Source: a virus
Virus record (IMG/VR): IMGVR_UViG_3300042556_001828
Span: 1 to 64,000 of that record
Length of the DNA: 64,000 bases
Strand: one strand, 5' to 3'
Position 1 is the first letter of the stretch, and each line of letters begins with the position of its first letter. Below the pieces are notes generated by a model. That model was given only the letters and a program-made list of their open reading frames with translations, searched no databases and was not told the DNA's origin. Below, in pieces: positions 18,031 to 28,256 of this stretch. Made by a program: the position numbers and the translations under genes.

Positions 18031-19488
18031 TCATGTAACATAATTTTGCAGTACACAGTGGTTTGCTGTCAACCAAGTATTTCCATATTTTTCGCAGACC
18101 AGAGCGCAGGCAGCAATCTTATACAAGGCGTAATGTTGCGCAAGAGCTGTTTCTGCTGTTCCGCTTGCTTGTTTCTCAGATGGAAATTCAACCGGTTGAA
18201 CGTTACGAATTGCGGCTAAATAAGCTCGTTTCTCGACGTTAGTCGGTAATACGCTATGAGTGCGCGCTACTTTTTCTGCCCATACGCGCACTGCTGGTGC
18301 CGCGCTTTCTGAAGGCAAATATACGTTATTTTCTAGTAACGACACAACTTCTGGATCGTTAGCCACCTTTGAAAAGATGTTGGGCAGCGCAGTTGCTACA
18401 GCGCCAACAAGCTGGTCGTTTGATGCCTTAACGGTGAGCTGCAAAAAGTCGCGCAGCGGAAGGATAACACCCGCGTCAGCCAAACCGCTTAACACCCCAG
18501 CTATTTTAACAGCCGGACAGGTATTCATATCAATAGGCGGCTGTACGGTCGGCGCCGCTGCCAGCGCAACTTGCATCCAGCCTGAAGCGTTGGCTCCGGC
18601 CAACTTTTCAGCCTGCACAAGTTGTGTTAACGCTTCTAGCTGTAACTGCGCGCGTTTTGACAGGCCGCCGGCGTCAAAGCCAATAGGCGCTGTTACGCCC
18701 AGCTGCTCAGCCAGTTCCGAACCAGACAGAACGCCCACACCAGCAGCTTTTTCAAGCTTTCCAGAAACATACGCAATGCGATCAGCCGGGCGGAAAACAT
18801 GAGAAATGTCAAAAAAGCTAGGGTTGGGATTGTCAGCGTGTAAGACGTGCCCGTCTTCCATAACACGACCGATATTGTGCTTAAGTCCGCCAGCTTTGCA
18901 ATGGCCACCGTTTTCAATAGCGTCGCAATACTCAGCCCGCGTCTTGGCCGAGTTACCGCAGGACGAACACTTATCAAACGGGATCTTGCAGGCCATCGAG
19001 ACGGCAATGTCTTTATCGTTAGCCAGCTTCTCAATCTCTTTGTCAGCGATTAAACCGCCGTTACGCTCAGCGGCTTCTTTCGAGCCGTTCAGCGCGCAGA
19101 CAAGTTCAATTCGGCGCATCGGCTCGTGGTAGGCGCTGGCTTTAACAATACCAAAGCTCTTGGCCGGGTTTTTATTGGCGTGGTCCCGATAGAACCGCGC
19201 AAACTTCTCAAACGTCGGGTGGTACTTCTCGCAGCACTCGCGGGAAAAGCCGTCACCGTTACGATTGGGGCCGTAGTCTTCCGTGGCGCCGATGGCGATC
19301 AGGTGCACAGGAACTTCATCTTTTGCGAATTTAATGTGCTCCAGCTTGTGCGCAAATTCGGCGCCAGCGCGTTTCACAAAATCTTGCTTGTCGGCGCCAA
19401 TCAGGCCGCGGCTGGAGATTTTAATCAACGACGCCACCGGCTCGCTGAAGTCTTGCGCGTGCGGCTGAATAACTTTGATCATGCTCAT
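18031..19488 (-). CDS. Prohead maturation protease
   Basis: NRNGDGF, RDH (candidate catalytic His), VSMAC (candidate catalytic Ser), a CSSC Zn-type insert and FFDISHVFRPAD. Lies upstream of the scaffold and MCP. Confidence 0.75.
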   Translation of the reverse strand: MSMIKVIQPHAQDFSEPVASLIKISSRGLIGADKQDFVKRAGAEFAHKLEHIKFAKDEVPVHLIAIGATEDYGPNRNGDGFSRECCEKYHPTFEKFARFYRDHANKNPAKSFGIVKASAYHEPMRRIELVCALNGSKEAAERNGGLIADKEIEKLANDKDIAVSMACKIPFDKCSSCGNSAKTRAEYCDAIENGGHCKAGGLKHNIGRVMEDGHVLHADNPNPSFFDISHVFRPADRIAYVSGKLEKAAGVGVLSGSELAEQLGVTAPIGFDAGGLSKRAQLQLEALTQLVQAEKLAGANASGWMQVALAAAPTVQPPIDMNTCPAVKIAGVLSGLADAGVILPLRDFLQLTVKASNDQLVGAVATALPNIFSKVANDPEVVSLLENNVYLPSESAAPAVRVWAEKVARTHSVLPTNVEKRAYLAAIRNVQPVEFPSEKQASGTAETALAQHYALYKIAACALVCEKYGNTWLTANHCVLQNYVT

Positions 19489-19505
19489 GGCGTGTTCCTA
19501 GCGAG

Positions 19506-20906
19506 TTACGACAGGAGATCTTGTTCTGTTTGACGATTACGTAGTAGCGACGAATCGCGGTCAGCGCGCAGCTTGTCCATTTCGAGCAGCTGCTTTACGT
19601 CAAAGTCGCCCATTTCGCCGGCCTGCAGGCGCTTGCGCATCATGGCCTGCATAACAGCTGGAGAATCACCAAGACTGGGCGCCGTGTCAGAGATCTCGTT
19701 GTACGCCATCGCCACATCGTGCGGGTCGTAACCGGAGATCACGGGGTCGTTCAGCATCAAGTCATGAATAGTACCTTGCGATCTGATATCGCGCAGCGCC
19801 AGCTCGTGCTCGGGGTCGGTAAGTTTGCCGTACTGATCTTTTACAACATCTTTGTTTGTTTGCGGCGCGTCAAACATAAGTCCAGACAAACCTGATGGTT
19901 TTTGCGGTGCGCCAGCCATCCGTTTAGCCACGTTAACAGCCGGCGCTTTGAAAAAATCTTTTAAAGTCATTGTCGGTTCCGGCGCTGGTGCATGCGGCGG
20001 TCTGGGTGCGGCTTCTTTCAGCGTCAGGGGCGCTTCGACCGGGCTGTACAGGATCGACCCTGTAAGAAACTCTGGTACTTCTTTCTTAGTCGGCGCCGAA
20101 GCTGTTTTGATATTATTAGCCGCTTTTTGAGCCGTGTTGTAGTCTTCTACAGCGTTTAACACGTTCTCGACAAGCTGGCACGGGACTGGGTTGCCAATAT
20201 ACATTTCTCGCGTGGCCGCTTGCTTGGTCACATGCGGATACACGGCAGCTACTTTGTTCAACACCATTTCGCCGTCGTTGCCGAGCCGCATGCTCACTTC
20301 GCGCACAGCGTCGCCGAACGACATGTTGCCGGGAACGCGGAAATACTCGCAAAGCTTTTCCATCTCGGCGGCAGCTTTCTGGTACGCCGCGCTAGCGACT
20401 CGCCGTACTTCTTCAGCCGCCCGCTTTTCAGCGACCTTCTGGCTGTAAGCTCGCTCAACAGCAGCTTGTTCGTCACGCGGAGCTGGCACCCATGTTTTGG
20501 CCGGCAGGACTGCTTGCGCGGCAGCAGCCTTGTCCATCTCAGCCTTGCGCCGGCCAAGAAAACCCATCGGCGATACGGCATACTCGGTCGACACAACGCT
20601 GGACTGCTCAATCGCGCTGGATGTCTTTACCTGCTTGGGGTACAGCGCTTCCATGACCGCATCGGCGTTCGCCAGCTGGAAATCCGCCGACTTGTCGAAT
20701 GTGTTCTCGCCCTGTTCGCGCTGCTTGGTGGTGCGGCCAGTGTTGTAGGCGTGCACCATGAGATTGATGTGCCCGGCCGGGATATTGGCGTCAGACGCGC
20801 TCTTGATAATGGCGTCGTTCGGCGTCGAGCCCGCGTTGACAAGGCTTGCGGCGCGCTCGATAGCACTGATCAGTTTCTGCTCAGCTTCTTTATTTAGTGC
20901 CCGCAT
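19506..20906 (-). CDS. Putative internal head protein
   Basis: 466 aa, helical, with repeated VKTSS, DKAAA, TKQAA, IKTAS and LKEAA. Confidence 0.65.
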   Translation of the reverse strand: MRALNKEAEQKLISAIERAASLVNAGSTPNDAIIKSASDANIPAGHINLMVHAYNTGRTTKQREQGENTFDKSADFQLANADAVMEALYPKQVKTSSAIEQSSVVSTEYAVSPMGFLGRRKAEMDKAAAAQAVLPAKTWVPAPRDEQAAVERAYSQKVAEKRAAEEVRRVASAAYQKAAAEMEKLCEYFRVPGNMSFGDAVREVSMRLGNDGEMVLNKVAAVYPHVTKQAATREMYIGNPVPCQLVENVLNAVEDYNTAQKAANNIKTASAPTKKEVPEFLTGSILYSPVEAPLTLKEAAPRPPHAPAPEPTMTLKDFFKAPAVNVAKRMAGAPQKPSGLSGLMFDAPQTNKDVVKDQYGKLTDPEHELALRDIRSQGTIHDLMLNDPVISGYDPHDVAMAYNEISDTAPSLGDSPAVMQAMMRKRLQAGEMGDFDVKQLLEMDKLRADRDSSLLRNRQTEQDLLS

Positions 20907-21837
20907 TGTTTGTCTCCGGGAAGTGCAGTCCTTGAATTTCGGTCTTGTTCGTTAGCGCGCCGCCAGTAGCAAGCGTCATTAACTCGTCGTTGCGTAACTC
21001 CGCTGCGCCATCATCAAAAGGTAACATTTTTATAGCTGCGGAATCCAGTTTTGTCGCTACTTTGAACGGTAGGGACGCCAGCATGGCGCCGATATTTTCG
21101 ACAATTGTACCGTGCGCTTTACTGGCGCTTTCCGTCGTACGCTCGATTTCAACGTATTTTACAAACGAGTCAATAAGCGCCAATTGCGTGTGGGTATTGA
21201 TCTGGACCGTCAATGTAGCCAGCGCCGCCTTGTATTTCATTGTATTGATCGCGAAGTCTTGGAAGAAACCGGAGACTTCGTCTGGCGTGTCCGGGCGCTT
21301 GGTTGCGGTAAATTTGTTAATTACCGCATTTAGAACGTGCGAGCCGCCGTGATATCCAAGTAATTTCCAGAGTAGGTCGTAGTGCCGTTCTTGCAGCCCG
21401 CGGGTGACGGCGTCGGCCATTACCACGTTAACCATGTAGTCTGTGTGGTTAACTTTGTCGCGAATATCGAAAAAGACGTTAGCGTAGGCTGAAATAACAG
21501 CCGGGCTAACGCCGACTTTCTCCGCGATTTCATCGTCTGTCTCGCCGGCAATAATCCGGGCTTCGATACCCCAGCGGGTCGGCGCCTTATCCTCGGCCCA
21601 CATCGAGTGCGCCCAGAATAAATCGCTGTCGCGCTCTAACAGGGCGTAAATTGCGTCAGGGCGGTTGTTTGCCTGCTCAAACCGCCGTTTCAGCCGCACG
21701 GCCCGGCGAATCCACTCAAAACCGTCCGGCCCGTCAACCGCGCGCGAAGCTCGTTTGCCGCCGCCGTCAATTTGTACAGCCCGCAGCCAGCGCCAGTTTG
21801 GCGCACGCCGGGGGCTATTTTTAAATGCGTTCAGCAT
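20890..21837 (-). CDS. Hypothetical protein
   Basis: 315-aa ORF tightly packed in the operon. Confidence 0.75.
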   Translation of the reverse strand: MLNAFKNSPRRAPNWRWLRAVQIDGGGKRASRAVDGPDGFEWIRRAVRLKRRFEQANNRPDAIYALLERDSDLFWAHSMWAEDKAPTRWGIEARIIAGETDDEIAEKVGVSPAVISAYANVFFDIRDKVNHTDYMVNVVMADAVTRGLQERHYDLLWKLLGYHGGSHVLNAVINKFTATKRPDTPDEVSGFFQDFAINTMKYKAALATLTVQINTHTQLALIDSFVKYVEIERTTESASKAHGTIVENIGAMLASLPFKVATKLDSAAIKMLPFDDGAAELRNDELMTLATGGALTNKTEIQGLHFPETNNAGTK

Positions 21838-21861
21838 ACGTTACGCGATTTTGTAATGCCA

Positions 21862-22917
21862 TCACGGCACGTTCTGGTCAACAAACCCGAAACAGACTGT
21901 GCAGTAATATTCACTGACTGTGTAGTTAAACGTCACACTACTCATTGTGCCGTCGATTCGAATAATGTTAAACCCTTCTGCGCCAGTAAATTGTGTGTAC
22001 TGCGTAGCGCCTACGGGATTTTGATATGTTGTTTCGCTGCCTGACTCCCATACCGGCGTAAACGGTTTTGGCGCGCCATTCGCATCGCGTACCTGCACTG
22101 GAACTGCCGTACCGCCATTACCGACGCTCGCAAACGCGACTAAGGCATCTGTGACGGGCGAACTAAACGTCGCAGTAAATACCCCGGTCTGCGTGTTTCC
22201 AATTTGCTTGCCGCTGCTTGGTACGCCGTATTCTGCCGGAAAAGTGCTGGGGTTGTACATGCCGCTGTGTTCAAACATCCCGCCACCACTTTGGGTAATT
22301 GCGACTGTGATGTTGTTCTGCCCAATTCCAGACGCCGTGGTGGAAGCTACGCTATTCATTCTCATCCACTTAAAACCGGAATCGCCAGTACACGAAAAGT
22401 CATCGCAAGTTGCTAACGGGTTGTAATTGTCGGCGGCTGGATTCATGCAACCATAGACGCATGGAATACACGAGCCGTCGTCGCACGTTGCGTTAGGGTT
22501 GTAGTTAGTGGCCGTGTTATCCGTGCATCCATTAACGCACGGAGGGCAAACCTGTTCAGCCGTAAACGGGGCCGGCCAATTGACTAACCACGGGCGGGCC
22601 GCATAACTGTATGCCCGCGCAAGTTCTCCGTACGTCGCATTTGTGTAAAGCCATACGCCCGTCTCGTAGCGAACAACTTCATCCCCGTATTGATAAGTCT
22701 CACGCCCATAAGGCGCGTAATTAATAGGAGAAAGCGTACGCTCGCCGGCAACCCAGCCAGTCATTTTGACCGGAGCCGTTGCTTCAGAACAACACGAGTC
22801 GCCGCGGCAAAACACCAAAGTATCGCCTACAAACACGCGTTCAACGTCGTCATCGCCTATTTTGATAGCCGTGATATTGCCGCTGCCTATGTATGTGTCG
22901 CTGTCTACTCTTGGCAT
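21862..22917 (-). CDS. Putative fiber/adhesin protein with Cys-rich GCTD-type repeats
   Basis: Two GC(T/M)(D/N)xxAxNYNPxATCDDxSC repeats and a beta-rich C-terminal domain. Confidence 0.6.
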   Translation of the reverse strand: MPRVDSDTYIGSGNITAIKIGDDDVERVFVGDTLVFCRGDSCCSEATAPVKMTGWVAGERTLSPINYAPYGRETYQYGDEVVRYETGVWLYTNATYGELARAYSYAARPWLVNWPAPFTAEQVCPPCVNGCTDNTATNYNPNATCDDGSCIPCVYGCMNPAADNYNPLATCDDFSCTGDSGFKWMRMNSVASTTASGIGQNNITVAITQSGGGMFEHSGMYNPSTFPAEYGVPSSGKQIGNTQTGVFTATFSSPVTDALVAFASVGNGGTAVPVQVRDANGAPKPFTPVWESGSETTYQNPVGATQYTQFTGAEGFNIIRIDGTMSSVTFNYTVSEYYCTVCFGFVDQNVP

Positions 22918-22922
22918 AGCAA

Positions 22923-23240
22923 TTACCCGGAAACAATGTAGTACACAGTTGCCGGATCTTTAGTCGTCAGCGCGTTATACCCGGTTTGAGTAATTTTAAC
23001 GATGTTTGTAATCACCGTTGCGCTCTGAATCCCGGTGGCGTCACTCTCTACATAGTTGTTATCCGCGCCACCAATCTGCACAGCCGTTGTGTCTTCAAGG
23101 CCGGCATACAGTTTGTTTGCTGCCTCATCGTACAACATCTCGCCGGGTTGGACGTTGGTCGGCGTTGGGTTTGCGTTGCTTACAACTTCACGGCGGCGGT
23201 GTGGAAAATGCAGCGCGCGAAATACACGTGTATCAGGCAT
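22923..23240 (-). CDS. Small fiber-related protein
   Basis: PGEMLYDEAANKLYAG and the C-terminal ITQTGYNALTTKDPATVYYI are motifs seen in phage fiber proteins. Confidence 0.55.
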   Translation of the reverse strand: MPDTRVFRALHFPHRRREVVSNANPTPTNVQPGEMLYDEAANKLYAGLEDTTAVQIGGADNNYVESDATGIQSATVITNIVKITQTGYNALTTKDPATVYYIVSG

Positions 23241-23259
23241 GATATTGCTCCGTAAATAT

Positions 23260-23679
23260 TTAGCGCAGCATCGGTGTTTCAACAGTGACGGTCAGCACGA
23301 AATTCTTCGAGCCGCTGCCGTTCGGTTTGATTCGCAGATACAAAAACCGTTGCGGGTTTGACGGCGAACCGTCGCGATTAAGGTACGCCACGTTTACGTT
23401 GCTATTTTCGGCAATCGCTACGACGTCTTGATCTGATACAACGTCAGCAAAATCAGCCAAACTAAGAACGTGAAAAGCCTCAGCCGGCAACGCGCTATTC
23501 GGCGTGGTGTCCTGCTTGCTGGAATAAAGGTCAGCCTCAAACTTGTTGTCAGCGCCGGTTAGCTGAACGAGCGCGTATCCGCGCAGAATTGCGCGGTGCG
23601 GCATCTTTACCGGCACAACTGTTTCAGAGCCGCTGGGCGCTGTAAATGTAGTAGTGCCCGACCAAATCGTGCTAGCCAT
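23260..23679 (-). CDS. Hypothetical beta-sandwich virion protein
   Basis: 139 aa, beta-strand rich, with an AGGTG SD. Confidence 0.6.
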   Translation of the reverse strand: MASTIWSGTTTFTAPSGSETVVPVKMPHRAILRGYALVQLTGADNKFEADLYSSKQDTTPNSALPAEAFHVLSLADFADVVSDQDVVAIAENSNVNVAYLNRDGSPSNPQRFLYLRIKPNGSGSKNFVLTVTVETPMLR

Positions 23680-23689
23680 TTTTCACCTA

Positions 23690-26065
23690 TTAGGAGTTTG
23701 CAGTAGCGCCGAGATCTACGTCCGCGCCGGCCTCTTCGGGATACGGCTCAATCGTCTTTTGCTTGAGGAACAGGATTACGTCGCCAAGCATTTCAAACGC
23801 GTTGCGCAGCGAGTCTTCGAGTTCTGGCATATCCGACTTGCCATACCGCTCAGCGAACCGGTCGCCGTGCCAGTAGAACATGAACAGAATCCGGCCTAGC
23901 TTATCGAGGCCCTTGGTCAGCTCGCCCATGTAACGATCCACCATGCTGTCGTCACGCACGGCCTTAAGCATCGACCCGATCATGGCGGTGTCGAATACTT
24001 CTCGCTGACCAGTCTGCGCGGCATCAGTCACCGCGCGGATATCTTTTTTGTCAAGCAGGGTGTTCGGGTTGTAAATACTGCGGTCGGTATTGCTCGCGCT
24101 CATGCCAGATACCGGCACACCAATATCAATGCCTAACTGCGTCGGCACGCTGGCGCCCATAATTGTCTCGCCGCCCATAACAGGGCCCGGATCACTCGGC
24201 GCGCCGGGCGCGCTGTTGACCATCATCGGGCCACCATACGGGTCGGCGTACTTAATGCGGCCTTCGTACTTGCGCTTGGCGGCGGCTGTCTTGAGAATTT
24301 CACGGGCGGCGTCTTCGCGCAGACCGTGATGCTCCACAAGCGTTACCAGCGCCTGCACAGGGCTGGCGGCAGCTTCTTTGTTAATCGTTACAGCCGTGCC
24401 GTTGTGATACACAGTCAGGCTGGCGGTTTTGCTCATCAGCGCCAACTGGGCGTCAGCGAGATTGCCCGGCATCAGCGGCGGATCCTCACTGCCGCCGCAG
24501 CCACAGCTTTCTTGGCCCTCTGGCTTGTCTGTGTCGTCTTCACCCTTGCTGGTCGGCAGGAGCTTGAAGCCTTCCGGCACGAAGATATCGCCCATGCTAG
24601 AGCGCAGCTTAGAACCCTTCTTGGCGTTCAAGTGGAGCCGTACGCCGTCACGATACTTGTCGTAGTTCAGCGGGTCGGTATAGGCGCAGCCCATGATGCT
24701 GCCGCGGGGCGGGTGCTTGGAATAATCTTCCAAATGCACTTCGTACGACGTGGTGTCATACTCGCTGGTGCCGTACTCGCGCAGGACGCGGGCTGGCACA
24801 GTGGCGTCGCCGTTCTTGCCGATCAGCATGACACGGCTACCGGCAGGAAGGCTATTTGCGTCCGTCAGGCCGTTGAACCACGTGTCGAAGTCTTCGCCTT
24901 CGATGCGAACCAGTGCAAACACTTGGTCGGCCCGCGTGTTCACCCAGTCCGGCGTGCCTTCCGTGCGCACGACTGTTACGAAATCAGCCCGCTTGGCGGC
25001 ACCTTGCGGATGCACAGCCACGTAGCAACGCTCAATGTCACCACCCTTGACAAGAATGTCATACAGTCCCGACTCAGACGGCGTAAACAGCTTCTTTTCG
25101 ACTTGGATGTTATACGGCACCGAAACGCTGTCGTCGCCGCGCTCGTCCTTGATCAGCACGCCGTCGCGGAGCAGCTTCTCTTGGTCTTCTTCGCTGTAGC
25201 CGGCCGGGAGCTTGGTTTGCACCGTAACATCAAACGAAATAACTTTAAGACCCGCCTGCGCTTCTGGTTTCTTGGGCGCGTCAGACAGCACGCTGGCGAT
25301 CTTGGGCTGGTTGGCCCGCGCCTTCGCCAAGTCGATGGCTTCCTTAATGATATTTAAACCGTGAAACTCGTCGATGGCCTGCGCGACAGCGGGGGCTGCC
25401 TGACATGTCTTCACAAGCATGTTCAGCGTCTCAAGCCGAGCTTCCTTGAGGAACTTCTTCAAGTCCATCAGCTGGCCAATCTCGACAAACGCGGCAGCGG
25501 TGTTCTGCGTAGCAGTCTTGGCAAACGTCGCCATGACCGCCGTAATCATCTCTTTCAGCGTAGGCTGCGCCGAGCCAAACTTCGACGGCGACCGCGAAAG
25601 CTGCGTAAAGTCAGGGTTGCGCTGGCCAAAACCCGCAAGGTTTCGGTCGATGCCGCTGCCTAGAATGTTGGGTTTGCGGTTAAGCAGGTAGTTAATCCAG
25701 TTTTCCTTGAGCGGCACGAACATGTCCTGATTCTTGATGTACAGGAGTTCGTGCCCCTTCAAGTCGCCGTTCAGAAAGAACACGGGCGCGTACAGCCACA
25801 TCGAACCGAGCTTGAACGCGAACACACCGATAGCTTTGGTGTTTTCGCGGTTACGGTCGAGCAGCTGGAAACCGATTTCGTGATCCAACAGCTTGGGGGC
25901 TGAATCGCGGAGGTAGGCGTGGGCTAAGTTACTAAAAGACTGCTCGAAGGACGTGTCGTCGCCCTTGCCGCCAAGATCAGCTTGCTTGGTCTGGCTGCGG
26001 TCGTGCGACCTGACAACATTCAGCCAGTGCTTCCACGACGCTTCTTTAGTCTTTTTGTTATACAC
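23690..26065 (-). CDS. Large putative head/inner-body protein
   Basis: GTG start after GGAGGT. About 790 aa with TKEAS, TKQAD, AKTAT, SKTAS, NKEAA, LKTAA and IKYAD. Confidence 0.7.
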   Translation of the reverse strand: MYNKKTKEASWKHWLNVVRSHDRSQTKQADLGGKGDDTSFEQSFSNLAHAYLRDSAPKLLDHEIGFQLLDRNRENTKAIGVFAFKLGSMWLYAPVFFLNGDLKGHELLYIKNQDMFVPLKENWINYLLNRKPNILGSGIDRNLAGFGQRNPDFTQLSRSPSKFGSAQPTLKEMITAVMATFAKTATQNTAAAFVEIGQLMDLKKFLKEARLETLNMLVKTCQAAPAVAQAIDEFHGLNIIKEAIDLAKARANQPKIASVLSDAPKKPEAQAGLKVISFDVTVQTKLPAGYSEEDQEKLLRDGVLIKDERGDDSVSVPYNIQVEKKLFTPSESGLYDILVKGGDIERCYVAVHPQGAAKRADFVTVVRTEGTPDWVNTRADQVFALVRIEGEDFDTWFNGLTDANSLPAGSRVMLIGKNGDATVPARVLREYGTSEYDTTSYEVHLEDYSKHPPRGSIMGCAYTDPLNYDKYRDGVRLHLNAKKGSKLRSSMGDIFVPEGFKLLPTSKGEDDTDKPEGQESCGCGGSEDPPLMPGNLADAQLALMSKTASLTVYHNGTAVTINKEAAASPVQALVTLVEHHGLREDAAREILKTAAAKRKYEGRIKYADPYGGPMMVNSAPGAPSDPGPVMGGETIMGASVPTQLGIDIGVPVSGMSASNTDRSIYNPNTLLDKKDIRAVTDAAQTGQREVFDTAMIGSMLKAVRDDSMVDRYMGELTKGLDKLGRILFMFYWHGDRFAERYGKSDMPELEDSLRNAFEMLGDVILFLKQKTIEPYPEEAGADVDLGATANS

Positions 26066-26148
26066 GGCCACCTCCATGCGGCACTATTGACACTGGGCAC
26101 TGAATAATAATTTACAGTGCTTCGCCCCTATATCCTACATAAATACGC

Positions 26149-28023
26149 TCAGGGCTTCCACCCACTTGTCGTTCCGGTCACGCCAAAGTTTTCGCCTTGT
26201 GCCAGCGCCGGAACATAACTGCTACCGGCGGTATTGCTCGTTAAACCGCGGTGTACGCTGTTCAGCAGGCCTTTTTCTTGGTACGACCCGAGCATGCGGG
26301 TCATCCAGTCAGGATCGTTGGAGATGTTCGACATGCCGCGTACCATTTCGGGCTGAAACGGCGGCGGCTCTCTGTGCGCTTGAATATTTGTAATGCCGTG
26401 CTGGCCCAAGGTTTTAACAACGTTTTTTGTGATTGGCGTGCCGACGGAATAATGCAGCGCGGGCTGTTCCAGATAGTGCCCAGAAAGCGTACTCGGCGCG
26501 CCGGCTACGCTCCCGTCGCGCGGCGTCCAGTTTCGCTCCAACATCGAATACGGCACGATATCGTCAGGGGAGTAGTCGCCGTGCTCGTCCGTCATGCGCA
26601 CGTGGTTAATCAAGCCGCGCGAAAGCAACTCAATGTTTCTGCGGTGGGCTGTAATACCGCTATTTTGCATCACCTGCCGCATCGCTTGGACAAAATAGCG
26701 GCGGCCTTCACCCACGCCTTTATGGCGGACAATTTCAGCTGGGTTCGGCATACCCTCCGAAATTGTGTCACCAGCTTCGATCTCGTCACCCTTTTTAACC
26801 GTAACGCCGCGGTCCGTTGGGACATAATGGTCTTGACCGTTAATTTGCACATAAAAGCCGCCCTGTGGCGCAGGACGCACTTCTTGGACATGCCCATCTG
26901 CCTGAGCGTGTGTTGCCCCGCCGGGAAACTTCTTCGGCACCTGTACAAGCGCGTTGAGCGCTTTAAAACCAGAAATCCCGCCTGCGCCACCGACGCCGCC
27001 AGAGTGCTTGGAGCTAATCTGACTTTGTGTGACAGGCTCTGAAAGCGCCTGCGCGGCTGCAATACCCACATAGTCTCCGACAGGCGGCAGATGGCCTTTT
27101 TCGCGATAGCCGACGTCATTTGCATAGACACCGCCGTCTTCTGGGCCGCCGACAATTGGGCTGCGCACTAAGATATCTTTAACGCCCATCTCTTTGATGT
27201 CGCGCATGATTTTGGGCGTCAGCACAGTATTGCGCTTGTACGGCCCTACGGGTCGCGACAGCATTGCGCCCTCGTTGTCGGGGTCGTCTATGTCCGTGGG
27301 AAAACCGCGCTCGTGGGCGTTGGCTAGGCGCTCTTGGTCTTGCTCGTCTTGGTCCGTGACAAGCAGTCTGTGCGCCATCTGCGTAAGCTGCTTGCCGTAG
27401 AACCCGGCGTCAGCTGTGGCGGTCTTCAGGTCAATTACACCCTTGCGGGTGCCGAACGCGCCGGCAAAGTACTCCACGGGCGTTAAGCCTTGGGCGTATC
27501 CGCGCATAACAGGAATTGGAATAGGCTCGCCGCGGTGGTCGAGATACTGCATGTCGGCGCCAAGGATCGAGTTCAGCTGGAACTTGTTGCCCACGCCGGA
27601 TCCAGCAATCTGGTGCGCTAACGGATTATCGTGCCCGTGGGCCTCGTTATACACATCATCCACAAGCTGCCGCTGCGCTTCCGACGCCAGCTTGAGTATT
27701 TTCGCATTGCGCTGCTCGTCGTTGAGGCCCCTATCCGCCAGAATCTGCCGCAACTGCTGTTTTACTTTCAGCTGCGTGTGCTGCGCCGCCAAACTCGGCC
27801 GCACGTCTTTCAGGCCGAACGATAAGCCGTTTGTTGTGTACGCGGAATCAAGCGCCACGTCATGAAGCTTTTTCATGACTTCGCGGTATTTTTCCGGGTA
27901 TTTCTTGGCTAATTCTGTCGCCAGCGCGCCCGTGTTTTTCTTGTTCAAAACGCGCGTATAGTCCCGCATGTCTTCCGGCAGCGCGTCATTAACCAGCAAC
28001 TGACCTAGCGTTGTTTTCAACAT
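26149..28023 (-). CDS. rpoC: DNA-directed RNA polymerase beta' subunit, C-terminal half
   Basis: TTLGQ, the bridge helix GLTPVEYFAGAFGTRKGVIDLKTATADAGF and the trigger loop GIAAAQALSEPVTQSQISSKHSGG all align with bacterial RpoC motifs. Confidence 0.9.
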   Translation of the reverse strand: MLKTTLGQLLVNDALPEDMRDYTRVLNKKNTGALATELAKKYPEKYREVMKKLHDVALDSAYTTNGLSFGLKDVRPSLAAQHTQLKVKQQLRQILADRGLNDEQRNAKILKLASEAQRQLVDDVYNEAHGHDNPLAHQIAGSGVGNKFQLNSILGADMQYLDHRGEPIPIPVMRGYAQGLTPVEYFAGAFGTRKGVIDLKTATADAGFYGKQLTQMAHRLLVTDQDEQDQERLANAHERGFPTDIDDPDNEGAMLSRPVGPYKRNTVLTPKIMRDIKEMGVKDILVRSPIVGGPEDGGVYANDVGYREKGHLPPVGDYVGIAAAQALSEPVTQSQISSKHSGGVGGAGGISGFKALNALVQVPKKFPGGATHAQADGHVQEVRPAPQGGFYVQINGQDHYVPTDRGVTVKKGDEIEAGDTISEGMPNPAEIVRHKGVGEGRRYFVQAMRQVMQNSGITAHRRNIELLSRGLINHVRMTDEHGDYSPDDIVPYSMLERNWTPRDGSVAGAPSTLSGHYLEQPALHYSVGTPITKNVVKTLGQHGITNIQAHREPPPFQPEMVRGMSNISNDPDWMTRMLGSYQEKGLLNSVHRGLTSNTAGSSYVPALAQGENFGVTGTTSGWKP

Positions 28024-28049
28024 AGAGCGTATCCGGCGCTAAGCAGTGT

Positions 28050-28256
28050 TCAGTCAATAAACGTAACCACAGGTACTGTTTCAATCCCCGCGAGTTTCAA
28101 AATACCCGGGAAATCTTTTTGGCTGGCGTCTGAATACACAATTCCCTCAGACATATGCAGCGCGACAAAGATTGGGTTTCCATTGTCATCTTCGATCACA
28201 ACGGTGTGTGCCAGTTGCTCTGCCGGCTGCAAGTTATGGTGGGTTTTAACCCGCAT
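28050..28256 (-). CDS. Small hypothetical protein
   Basis: 68 aa between the RNAP genes, overlapping the stop of the upstream gene. Confidence 0.55.
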   Translation of the reverse strand: MRVKTHHNLQPAEQLAHTVVIEDDNGNPIFVALHMSEGIVYSDASQKDFPGILKLAGIETVPVVTFID

